Assembly: GCA_003427395.1 (NCBI GenBank)
Contig: BFEA01000029.1
Coordinates: forward strand, 2,148,951 to 2,212,950
DNA: 64,000 nucleotides
Source of the DNA: Chara braunii
Taxonomy: Eukaryota > Plantae > Charophyceae
Reading direction: 5' to 3'
Shown in pieces: positions 1 through 10,592 of the stretch. Numbering within the stretch: the stretch's first letter is position 1; each line of letters starts with the position of its first letter. The notes under the pieces were generated by a model that had not been told where the DNA came from, searched no databases, and saw nothing but the letters and a program-made list of their open reading frames with translations. The translations under genes were made by a program, and so were the position numbers.

Positions 1-214
1 GTGGTGGAGGCGGACCCTGTGGCCGTAGGAATCGTTTACACTACATAGTCGACGGCGTTTCAAACAAATCAAAATCAAAATCAAACTGCCGCTGTGGACA
101 ACTTCGTTCATCCGTGGTGACTGCTAATACGGTAGGTAGTACGGTAGTCTGCTATCGGAGCAAATGATGAGGCCCAGCTGGGTATTTTCTGTCTGTCTGA
201 GCGCAAGCTGGGGG

Positions 215-313
215 GGACCACATACGAGCCGTGCTGCGTGTCATCCTTGAACGCGCAGGGGCCATGCTCACCTGCTCTGCACCATTCCAATTTTAACGGA
301 TATCCCGGAGGAC
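215..313 (-). pseudogene. U6: Degenerate U6 snRNA copy
   Basis: The minus strand reads GTCCTCCGGGATATCCGTTAAAATTGGAATGGTGCAGAGCAGGTGAGCATGGCCCCTGCGCGTTCAAGGATGACACGCA...TGGTCC, collinear with U6. The ACAGAGA box is mutated and there is a 4-nt insertion. Confidence 0.85.
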
Positions 314-1286
314 AGGGAGCGAGTTATTATCCAGGGTTCTGCCGAAACGGTGTGGGCGGCCTCTGGAGGGGACGGGGGCGAGGAGGGGGGTGGTTTGTCA
401 GGGTGGGGAGGGGGGGGGGAAGCTAACAGCACCATCGGTCGGACAACTGGGTAGGGCTTGCCTGGCGGGAAAAGTAAACGGAAAACTCGAGGTGGCGGGA
501 AACTATCCGGTGACAAAATTTCGAAATTAATTCCTGAAAGTGGCGACCGCTCCCGCCTTTCGCCCGCTCGCTGGGCGGCCGGCAGCTATATTTTGCCCAG
601 TACGAGAGTTCTCGTCAGCAGCAGCGAACAGTGGAAGCAATCGGGCATGGTACATAGCCGTGTCGTGCAAGCTTCGTCCATCCCGTCGTGCTTCTCATTC
701 CTTCTTCGGTGCTTCCTCAGTGGGGGGGGCAATCTATCTGGCAGCTCGGTTTTCAATGCGTTCTTCGTGGAATCAGTCTCCCTCGTGCGATCTCGTGCTG
801 GCTCTGGTGGAATTTCGTTTTCTCTCTCGTCTCCAGTGTCATCGTGGTTGGTTTAGTCGTCTTCCTCTGTACACATTGCATTGATTTGGCTTTATATATA
901 CAACTTCCAAGTCCATTCTTATTGGTCTTCTGTCATTCCTCTTCCATTCAACGGATGTAAGGGAAAAAGAACGTATTTGTGAAGTTGGACTCCATGGTTC
1001 TTTCCCATTAGGCTTCGGGTCTGTCCATTAGGCTTTGGCCCTGTTCAGGAAGGAACGAGGGTGTTGTGTCTTGTCTTGTACGTTGCGAATTGCACAGGCT
1101 AGCCTCTCAGACTAGTCGTCGAGTTGTTTTCCTCACCGCGGCGAGGAAGGTCTTTCTCAGTTGACGACTACTTAGGAGAGTGTTGGTTTATTTTGAACGC
1201 AGGAAGAAAGGGAGGAAGGAGAAGCAGAAGGAAGGTAAAGGCGAAGTGAAACCGAGAAGAATAGGTGGTCTCTCTCTGAAGCAACC

Positions 1287-3212
1287 ATGGCGATCCCAGC
1301 GTACTCTGAGATCATTCACATGACGAGGTATTCGAGGTGGATGGAGGAGAAGCAGAGAAGGGAGACTTGGGAGGAGACGGTCGATCGGTATTGCAAGTTC
1401 ATCAACGAGCACGTGCAGAAGCGATGTGACTACAATCTCGGCGAGTATCTGTCGAAGATCCGTAAGTTCGTTCTCGAGCAGCGTGTGATGCCATCCATGC
1501 GGTGTTTGATGACTGCCGGCCCTGCTCTAGAGAGAGAGAACCTCTGCGGGTACAACTGCTCTTACCTTCACATTGACTCAATCGAGTCCTTCGATGAGAT
1601 TCTGTACATATTGATGAACGGTGTCGGCGTCGGATTCAGCGTGGAGACGCACTATGTGGCGAAGTTGCCCCGCATTCCGGACGTCATAACGGAATCGGGT
1701 AAGGCGATACTGGTAGAAGACTCGAAAGAGGGATGGGCGAAGGCTCTGCGTGAAGTGGTCTCGGGCTTGTTCGAGGGCAAGCAGCACGGGTGGGATCTGT
1801 CGGCCATCCGGCCGCAGGGATCGAGGCTGAAGACCTTCGGTGGGCGGGCGTCTGGACCTGGTCCGCTCGACGAGATTCTGACAGTCGTCAGCGAGATAAT
1901 GACCACGGCTCGCGGTCGGCAGCTTCGACCTATCGAATGCTGTGACATGGTGTGTGTCATCGCGCGCAATGTGGCGGCTGGGGGCTCCCGAAGAAGTGCA
2001 CTGATGTGTCTCTCGTCGCTAGACGACAAGGAGATGCGTGACGCTAAGAATTTCCGCGTGCACGACCTCACTGGCAAGTCCTATCGCTTCTCGACGAACA
2101 TTTCTGTCAATTATCATTCGAAGCCAGACACAGAGAACTGGGAGGACGAGTGGAGGGCGTTGGTGGAAGGCAACTCCGGAGAGAGAGGCATCTTCTCTTC
2201 CTACGTGTGCGGCAAGAAGACTGTCAACAACAGCAAGTTAGACGGCCTTCCTGAGCGAGGCGAGCATGAGAACTACGGCACCAATCCGTGCTGCGAGATC
2301 GTGCTGAAGTCGAACCAGTGCTGCAATTTGTCTGAACTTATCGTCAGACCCGATGACACGAAGGAGTCGTTGGTGGAGAATGCGGAAGTGGCGACGGTTC
2401 TCGGCACGATCCAGTCGACGCTGACCAACTTCAATTACGTGAGGAGCAAATGGGCGGAGAATTGCGAGCAGGAGCGGCTGCTGGGAGTTTCCATGACCGG
2501 CATCCTGGACTGCAAGTGGCTGGCCCAGACGACCGAGGAGAACGCTAAATTTCTTCACACGCTCAGAAAAAAGTGCGTTAAAGTCAACGAGCTGTGGGCA
2601 GAGAGATTGGGCATCGCGCGCTCGAAGGCCATCACCTGCATCAAGCCGTCGGGGACAGTGTCGGAACTCGTTGGGACCGCCAGTGGCATTCATCCTCGGC
2701 ACTCGGAGTACTACATCCGTCGGATTAGGAACCCAATGGAAGACCCTGTCACGAAGTATCTCGTCGACCAGGGGTTCGGTGGGGAGGAAGGGGTGTATGA
2801 GAAGGGTACGTGGATTTTCAGCTTCCCGGTGAAGTCTCCGGACGGTTCCACTGTGCGGAGTCAGCTGACAGCGTTGACACACATCAAGCTGTACAAATTC
2901 TTCCAAGATAATTGGTGCCATCATAAGCCGTCGATCACCGTCACCGTCAAGCCGCATGAATGGGACGACGTCAAAGGGTTCGTATTCGACAATTTCGATC
3001 ATCTTTGTGGCATCTCGTTCCTTCCTTACGACGGCGGAAACTATCAGCAAATGCCATATGAAGAGGTTGATAAGCAGACCTACGAGAAGATGCTTCGCTG
3101 CGCGCCGAGCAGTAGAGTTAATTGGGTAGGACTGCGAAAGTACGAGAGGGTCAATGCGACCAGGGACTTGTACGAGCTCGCATGCGTGGCTGGTGGTGGG
3201 TGCGCCGAGTGA
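1287..3212 (+). CDS. nrdJ: Adenosylcobalamin-dependent ribonucleoside-triphosphate reductase (class II RNR, monomeric RTPR/NrdJ type), 641 aa, intronless
   Basis: Uninterrupted ORF with class II motifs in order: YSRW..RRETWEETVDRY, PSMR, GYNCSY, LMNGVGVGFSVE, RPQGSRLKTFGGRASGPGPL, GGSRRSA, catalytic NPCCEI, CNLSE, LLGVSMTG, TCIKPSGTVS, YYIRR, HKPSITV, GISFLP, YQQMPYEE. It ends in a C-terminal Cys pair (CVAGGGC). Confidence 0.95.
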   Translation: MAIPAYSEIIHMTRYSRWMEEKQRRETWEETVDRYCKFINEHVQKRCDYNLGEYLSKIRKFVLEQRVMPSMRCLMTAGPALERENLCGYNCSYLHIDSIESFDEILYILMNGVGVGFSVETHYVAKLPRIPDVITESGKAILVEDSKEGWAKALREVVSGLFEGKQHGWDLSAIRPQGSRLKTFGGRASGPGPLDEILTVVSEIMTTARGRQLRPIECCDMVCVIARNVAAGGSRRSALMCLSSLDDKEMRDAKNFRVHDLTGKSYRFSTNISVNYHSKPDTENWEDEWRALVEGNSGERGIFSSYVCGKKTVNNSKLDGLPERGEHENYGTNPCCEIVLKSNQCCNLSELIVRPDDTKESLVENAEVATVLGTIQSTLTNFNYVRSKWAENCEQERLLGVSMTGILDCKWLAQTTEENAKFLHTLRKKCVKVNELWAERLGIARSKAITCIKPSGTVSELVGTASGIHPRHSEYYIRRIRNPMEDPVTKYLVDQGFGGEEGVYEKGTWIFSFPVKSPDGSTVRSQLTALTHIKLYKFFQDNWCHHKPSITVTVKPHEWDDVKGFVFDNFDHLCGISFLPYDGGNYQQMPYEEVDKQTYEKMLRCAPSSRVNWVGLRKYERVNATRDLYELACVAGGGCAE

Positions 3213-3594
3213 TTGATTAATAGTAGGATTGACGACTTGTGGCACTTTGATGTTGCTTTCCACTAGTACTACCACGGTACCACCTCGATCTTTCCGAACT
3301 CGCCCAGTGGAAAGAACCCCGATCGCGCGTTCATTAGAGCGTCGCTCTGTTGAGCTTTGCTGCTCTTTTACTTATGAAGGTAGATCATATAGAATTTGGG
3401 ATTCGTCCCCACCTTCTCTATTGTACGTTTTATCTCTTCTGGTGTAATAGGAATTCCTGTTTGTAAACAACCATTGAGTTCTTTCGTTTCGTCGCGTAGG
3501 TAGGAAGGAAGACGAGCCCGTTCCTCCGTTGGTTCGTCGGATTTTGGATCGAATCGAGGAGGGCTGGCTGGCGGCCGCAGAAACGCACTGTTAG

Positions 3595-3606
3595 TGTGTG
3601 TGTGTC

Positions 3607-3650
<44 letters not shown>
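3595..3650. repeat. (TG)n(AG)n compound microsatellite
   Basis: Directly visible. Confidence 0.95.
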
Positions 3651-3651
<1 letters not shown>

Positions 3652-5015
3652 AGGTGGCGGAGTGGTTCATTTGGTTGGCTCTGGTGAGTGCATACGACCT
3701 CCGTAACGTCATTGACTTCTGTTTCTTTTACTTCTACCTTTCCGTCGTTGAGATAGTGAGTCATTATTACCGAAGTGCTCGCCGTATCTTCTATTTTATG
3801 TCTTTTACCCAGCTTCCCATTAGAGCGAAAGTTTTAACATCCGCTCTCCCTTTCCCTCGCTTTCTCCTGTACGCCGTGTTTCTGTGGCTTTCGCATCTGA
3901 TGTACCGAGGCGTCAGGTTTGCAACTTGGCAGAGATACGAAGCGATGCGGTTTCCGTCGTTCTTCGTGCTTCTATGGCTTTCCTTTCGCTTTTCAGTTCT
4001 GAGAGTCCACCCAGTTAATCGACGACGTTCTGTCATCGTGTATCGCCGGGGTCGCATCTGTTCAGTACTCTTTTCGGTAAGCTCGGTCGATCGCGATGGG
4101 GTATCAGTTGGAGTGCGGTACTCGCTTCCATCATCTCTGTCAATGGTGAAGGTCGTGCCCCAACCGCGACGGGGTTTCAGTTGGAGTGCGGTAATCTGTT
4201 CACGAAGACGATGGTTCGAAACCGTCTGCTGTGTAGATAATAGCAAAAGCTGCGCCGCTCCCATTCCCTTGTATCATCTCTAGAGTCTTCCCCTTCTTTT
4301 AGGGTAATCCCTTGAACTACCATCCGGGTAGTAGTCGAAGATTCATTTCATTCTTCCCAGAGTCTGTGCTTGTCCGCTCCACCTCTCTCACGAAATTGTG
4401 TTGAACCGATCCCTTCTCCGTTATTGTCATAAGTGCCTATCCGGTAGTGTTGATGAGAATTCCTCGGGGATTGCTTGTGACGTCAACAAGATTGTGTAGA
4501 AAGTATTAAGTATTCGACGAGAGCGCGCCGCGACGGGAGTCCAGAAGCGTGCGCTCGTCCTCTCCTGCCATGAAGCCGCCGTGTGTTCTCCGCCAGCAGA
4601 TGTTTATGGTCCATGACATTGTATGCGGTGGTGACCATCGGCCGGACAACTCGACGTCGTTTTCACGTTCGAATGATAGACACGACAGAGCGTTATCGGT
4701 TGAGTTTATCCTTGCAATTTGCTTATTGACCCTCGACGTAATAGATTCTGTGCAGTCAAATGGGATGGCAGTCTCTCATTCTGGAAAATCGAAATCACAT
4801 TGAATTGCCCGAAACGATAATGATGTCTTATTTGTTGATAGGATAGTCAAGGGGTATAGCTCTTTGGCCGCTGTGAATCGATCGTTGAGGTAGTAGGGGC
4901 ATGCTTTTTTTTATAAGCTAGGAGCCATCCCTGGGCTTTTTCTCGTTGCATGGGTGGGGCTTGAACAAAAACAAGAGTACATCATTTCTTCAAATTTCAA
5001 TTTGGTTGCGATTGA

Positions 5016-5126
5016 TGGGATCGTATCTTACCTGCTATCGATGTTTAACTGGGGAATCGTATCTTACCGGATATCGAGGCTCAATTGGGGACATGTATCT
5101 GACCCGATATCAAGGTTCAATTGGGG
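5016..5126. repeat. Three diverged 36-bp tandem repeats
   Basis: Units tggggaatcgtatcttaccggatatcgaggctcaat and tggggacatgtatctgacccgatatcaaggttcaat, plus a more diverged first unit. Confidence 0.85.
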
Positions 5127-5219
5127 GAAGGAAGTGTTCCGGTTCATGTTTCCATGTCTGTGCTCGAGTGGAGTCGGTTTCCTGATGTTTCGTATATTTC
5201 CAGTTTCATTTCACACGGA

Positions 5220-5623
5220 TCTGATCCGATCGATTACTCGCAAAAGTTATGGATAAGATATGGTTAATGCATTTGCCCTCTTGAGCGTCGTCAATTAATC
5301 CACACCTTGAGGACCTGTTCGCGATACGATTTGTAGTGCCGAGTTCGACCGTCTTACCACGGTAAACTTCGGCGAGCGAAGGTTTCAACTGCCGGGTTCT
5401 CGATGAGCCTGATCCGATCGATTACTCACAAAAGTCAAATGAATTTGGAGGAATGGATATTATACAGATAAGTTATAATTAATGCATTTGCCCTCTTGAG
5501 CGTCCTCAATTAATCCACACCTTGAGGACCTGTTCGCGATACGATTTGTAGTGCCGAGCTCGACCGTTTTAACACGGTAAACTTCGGCGAGCGAAGGTTT
5601 CAAGTGCCGGGTCCTTGATGAGC
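5220..5623. repeat. Tandem duplication of about 190-215 bp
   Basis: 5264-5409 and 5479-5623 differ at 7 positions. Both units start with ctgatccgatcgattactc. Confidence 0.95.
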
Positions 5624-5639
5624 CCCCAAGTGGCAGGCC

Positions 5640-6445
5640 AAACATGTGAAAGCGGTGGTTTGCCAGACAGGCAGGTAAAACCATAAAACGTGTGAAAGCG
5701 CGCTGGGTCAGGCTTTGGCTGGCCAAACGTGCCAAAGCTCCGATGCCTTGCCAGGTCGAAAGTGTGAAAGCACTGATTTAACAGACGAGACATGTGACAA
5801 CTCCGATGAATTATTCGGTACTACAAATGGTTTACACTCTATAGAGATGTTTGAGGAATCCGGTGTGATGACAGGTGTGGAGGGAGGGATGGAGGTAGAC
5901 GGGGAGTTGACGTCAGAACCGCAGAGAACAGAGAGAAGCTCTTGTCGCTGAGTGGATCGTTGTACTCTTTGAGTTGCGTATCATAATTAAATTGTGGACA
6001 TCGTCTTTTGTAGTCCCGGCTCGACGTGCTTCAAGACAAGACGGAAATGCCAGGTGTGGAAATATGGTAATTTCGTTAAAGCAAATTCGTTTTTTGAGAA
6101 ATTTTACGCGTTCTCAATTCCTTTGACCTTTCAAGCATTCAAATCGAGTACAAGCCGTCTTTGTTGCTCTATTTGGCCGATTTTTGTGTTGCTTCAGAGG
6201 GCTTCGATCCAAATTGGAATATCCTTCTTGCAGGTTTCTTTATTTATTTCTACCATCGTTGATTTCTGTGTCGCCCATTTCTCTCCCGCGTTGATTGTAT
6301 GGATCGTCGTCGAGTCTGTCAAATTCCCATACTTGTGCTAGTGATGTTTCGTAAACATCCTCAATTCCTTTGACTCACTTCTCTCCCAAATTGTGCTATC
6401 GATGTTTCGTCAAGTTTCCGTCCCTCTTTTTTTCTTGTCGTCGGA
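5640..6445 (-). pseudogene. Stop-interrupted remnant of an unidentified protein gene
   Basis: The minus frame gives protein-like text (HKYGNLTDSTTIHTINAGEKWATQK...ALTKLPYFHTWHFRLVLKHVEPGLQK...SELSHV/SVLSHF/SELWHV repeats) broken by stops. I recognise no family. Confidence 0.35.
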
Positions 6446-7035
6446 GTTGTTTTTTTTTTTTTTTTTTTTTTTTTTACAAGAAGACTCAGCTCATTTGATT
6501 ACGCATACCAAAAAGAGAGGCCGGGAAAACCTCAACAAACAACCTTCAAGGAGTTGTTGTTCTCGTTGATGCAGTCTGTTAGATTCATACCGATGTTGAC
6601 GTTTGATTCCCTAAAGTCCGACTATGATAATAGGCCTTCAAATTCCATTCAAGCACACCGTTTTTCTTATCCTTTTTTTAAGTTTTTTTTTTTTTTTCGT
6701 TTTTGCAAGTTTTTTTTTTTTTTTAAGCCCGGCGTCCCTTTCAAAAGTAGCAGTCACAGTGCGAGGTCCCGGCAACTCCGGCCGGGCCCACGCCCAGACC
6801 GCCAAGACAAAATAACAGGAAATTCCAACCAAAGGCTAGATAGACATTGGCTACTTGAAAACGAACCCTAACAAAAAGAAGAGAACCAACAACATGAACC
6901 AGCCAAAGCCGAAGATGAATGAGATCTCTTTTTTTTTTCCGGGAAGATTTCTTTTTCTTATTTCTACAATTCTACTGTCCTTTTGTATTTGCATTAAATG
7001 GCGAAGAGACCCGGAAAAATATTCTTTTCTTTTTC

Positions 7036-7142
7036 AAAAAAAATCGGCCACTTTACTTTTCTCCGTGCCGGCCTTGCGCAGGGGCCATGCTAATCTTCAT
7101 CATCTGTATCGTTCCTATTTTAACGGATCTCCCCCGAAGGAC
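7036..7142 (-). pseudogene. U6: Degenerate U6 snRNA copy
   Basis: The minus strand reads GTCCTTCGGGGGAGATCCGTTAAAATAGGAACGATACAGATGATGAAGATTAGCATGGCCCCTGCGCAAGG... and ends in a T-run. The ACAGAGA box is disrupted. Confidence 0.9.
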
Positions 7143-7845
7143 GATTACTTGCTGTTCTCCTGCATTCAAACAACATTTTTATAAAATTGAAATTGAATTT
7201 CTAGAATTCGGTAAATTCTTTTTCGGTAAATTCTTTCACTGGCTGTAGGGTACAAACGTGTAAACGGTGACAACAAGCAGATGGTAGTGCACGGATCAAA
7301 AATCGTGAACGTAATTCGAGGGACGTATCTGGTCCCTGGAATTCATTGTGTTTAAATAATGTGATGATGTATTGAATTTTTTTTTTTTTTTAATTTCCAG
7401 GAACGTAAACGATAACTTAAAAGTAAGATGATGTACTGAATTCTTTTTTTTTTAAATAATTGATGGAGAACCGGCGGACTAAGGTGGGCATAATACTCAA
7501 ACGTCAGGGTCAAGGGCGTTTCGGTCGGTCGAAAAATGCCGAACTTATTAGGGTCGCCGATTTCACTGATTGGTGGGACGAAATGTAGAATTTGCTGGCG
7601 ACTTGTGGGTTGTGTTCGTCGGGATTTGTGCACGGAGGTCGTCGTGATTGGAAGAAGTGTAGATAACGGGCCTCGCTCCAGCACTCACCACGTGCGCAAG
7701 ACAAAAACATATGGCGGTGTACCTTTCCCGGTTCTGGATGAAGATTCATTCTCATTTCGCACATTTTGATGAGAGGCCCAATGACTGTTGAGGCGCCTAG
7801 CAGGCTGAGGTACTCGGCTGAGTCATTCGTAACGACGCATTAGCG

Positions 7846-7882
7846 ATTTTCTCGATTTATGCCTCTCATCCTTGCGCCGGGG
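7846..7882 (-). pseudogene. U6: U6 snRNA 3' fragment
   Basis: attttctcgatttatgcctctcatccttgcgccgggg is the reverse complement of the U6 3' part. Confidence 0.75.
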
Positions 7883-8349
7883 GGGGGGGGGGGAGAGGGG
7901 GGGGAAAGGGCGGGGTAAGCCTAAAATGTGATCGTAGTCTCTGATTTCGCTGCGATTCGAACCCTTCCTCTGGTTATCAAGAGCTACATGCGTCGTCTGA
8001 TTTAACCACGATTCTCTGTTTCACCACGATTCGAAGTCATGCTCTGATTGCCGTCTCCACCAGGTTCGAACTCATGAAGTTTTTTTTTTCCACAAAGTAC
8101 TGGCGGCGCTCTGTATTTGGGCCCGTTGGAACTCCCCACGGCTTCCACTCCGAACCTGCCCTAATACCCGAAGGACGAGAAAAAAAATAGCAATACCTGT
8201 CAAATCTGGACAGTACGGCCTTTCAGGCCTTTTTTATTGTCATTATAATATTACGGGTAACCCCGTAGCAGACACATCCGTGCTCAAGCCTCCAACGAGG
8301 GAGGGAACATGTGGGAGCTGCACCCACCAGCAAGAGAGAGAGAGAGAGA

Positions 8350-8390
<41 letters not shown>

Positions 8391-8569
8391 CCCCCACTAA
8401 TGGTCTAGTGCGAGTGAGCGGCCGAGTGAGCGGCTCCCCCCATTAAAGTTTAGTGGGGGTACGGAGGTCGCCGTGGCCGATTCAGGCCGAACGCCCACAG
8501 CACCGTCACTGGTCCCGTTGGCCGTCAGAGAGTGGTGGCCCTGGTGGGCCGAGCCCTTATGTCCTGAGA

Positions 8570-8712
8570 GTTCCATTCGTGATCCATTGGGCCACAAATT
8601 TAACATTGCCAGTTCCATTCGTGATCCATCGGGCCACAGATTTAACATTGCCAGTTCCATTCGTGATCCATCGGTCACAAATTTGACGTTGGCAGTTCCA
8701 TTCGTGATCCAT
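8570..8712. repeat. About 3.5 copies of a 42-bp tandem repeat
   Basis: Unit gttccattcgtgatccatygggccacaratttaacattgcca. Confidence 0.9.
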
Positions 8713-10592
8713 GAGACTTTCCATTGGCTAAGATCAAGGGTAGTATCTGTCCTGAGAGTGGCCCTGCCCGTACCCTAGAGTGTAGAGGTTATGGAGACGG
8801 TCTCGAACCTGCACATTTCGAAACTCACAAAAAAAAAAGAAAAAAAAGAAAAAAAAAAAAAGACATCGGCGCCACTTTAAGCACTTATTATTGAAAAATT
8901 GTTTCAACGAGGCCGGGGACCTCACAATTCCACCCGGATGAAATTACTGACAGCATCAGCCAGCTTAGCTTAAGCTTCAGAGGGGTATTTAAAACTAGGC
9001 ACAGCTCCGGTCCCTGAGACCTCTGTCCTGATATACCCACTCTGAGCACGAAAAAAAGGAGCCCTCACGGCCTATAAAGCCACACAAACCCCAAGTAACA
9101 AAAAGGCCCAATGGCAAAAGGGAAAAGGAAAGATTGTGAACCAAAACTAAAAGTGTGCCACTTCCTGGGCAAGCTTGGCGCCCGCCACCTAGAGATATGT
9201 CGTTGGTCGCCCCGAGTGGCATTCAGCAGAGACTGCTGATGTTCATAGGGGGAGGGGACCAGAGGGGAGGCACAGTGACCTGATGCTATCGCAGTTTGCA
9301 ACACACAAAGCTGCATTCATTGCTGACCTTGCATTTGTGGATTCGGTTCGGCAGAGTGGCGTGGTTGGGCTCAGGGACAGTCTTACGCCAACAGGCGCAG
9401 CTTTTTGGATCCCACCTGTCGTTTGACCCGAGGTATATCAATAATGGAAGTTTTTGTTTCTTTATGGAGGGTTTTTTTTTTTTTTTTCACAAAAACTCAA
9501 TTGCATTATAAAGTAACAAGAGGCCGGGGTCCTCACAATTCAACCCGGAGTATCTGACAGCATCAGCCAGCTTAGCTTACAGGCAGAAGCCTGCGAGTTA
9601 TGCACTTGGCATAGTACTCAGTCAACACAGAGAGAACTATTGGTACCAAGCAGGGCTGAATAATATCCGGGCACAGAGAAGGCCAGTTCTTAGGCAGCTG
9701 TCCTGAAAATTCAGACCCTGAAAAAATAAAGATGTGCTACAAGCCAACAAAGCCTCACAAACCAAAAAAAAAAAAAAAAACAGTGCTTCAAGCCTGCAAA
9801 CTTGAAAACCTCACAATTCTTCAAAAAGCCAGACACCATTCTAAACTAACCACCTTAGGCTATCCTAATACTAACCTACAGGTACCTCGAGCAGTGTCCA
9901 TCTGCTACTTCTACATTACCTATTTGTCTTCCGAGCTAGTAACCTCTGCCTAAAGCGGCAGTCCGGACCAACAGGACCGGTCGATCTCCGAGAATCACCA
10001 CTCCCTCCACTTATCGCCAACTTGCCTTCCTCCTGTGGAAAAGGGAACCGACTGTGCAGGTTCTGCCTCCTAATCGCTGTCTAATCCGCAGTATTAAGCT
10101 ATTCTTTCCAAAACCAGCTGTTCAGAGTCAACTTTCCATTATCAAGACTCGCTAACTTGCCCCCCTAGTCCCCATGTGTCACCAAACCAGTTTTACCAAG
10201 CACCGCCAGCTTTTCTCCTCCAGTCGGCCTGGAGGATCTGTCTCAGAGAAGATGGAGTCATGTGCCTCAGTTCCTTATTCGACATCTCTCGTTTTTCGAA
10301 TATCTGCAGGTTCCTGCTTTTCCGCTCGTGCAGCCTGGGCTATATAGCCAATGCCTATCCTTGCGTCCAGGGTGTCAGGAATTCCACCCAACAGTGCACA
10401 ATCTGTGTCCCATTTGAAACCTGGGCCTACGAGTTGTGACCATTGTTCGGCCCACAAATCCCAGATTCGCTTGGAAGCGGGGCAATCGTACCACAGATGG
10501 TGGAGTAGATTCGTATGCCCAGTTGCACCTCTTACACGTCAGGTCTATGCCCATTCTCCTCTGTGCTAGATTGACCGCTGATGGACTAGCCT

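Noticed and set aside
2238-3275. 345-aa minus-strand ORF
   Set aside because: It is an antisense shadow of the RNR gene with no recognisable motifs.
5615-5660. Hammerhead-like TTGATGA-GCC..GGC-CAAAC
   Set aside because: Two invariant core positions differ and stems I and III are absent.
8945-8965. CTGATG in the second LINE 3' motif as a hammerhead core
   Set aside because: It reads CTGATGC rather than CTGANGA, and no GAAA follows the stem.
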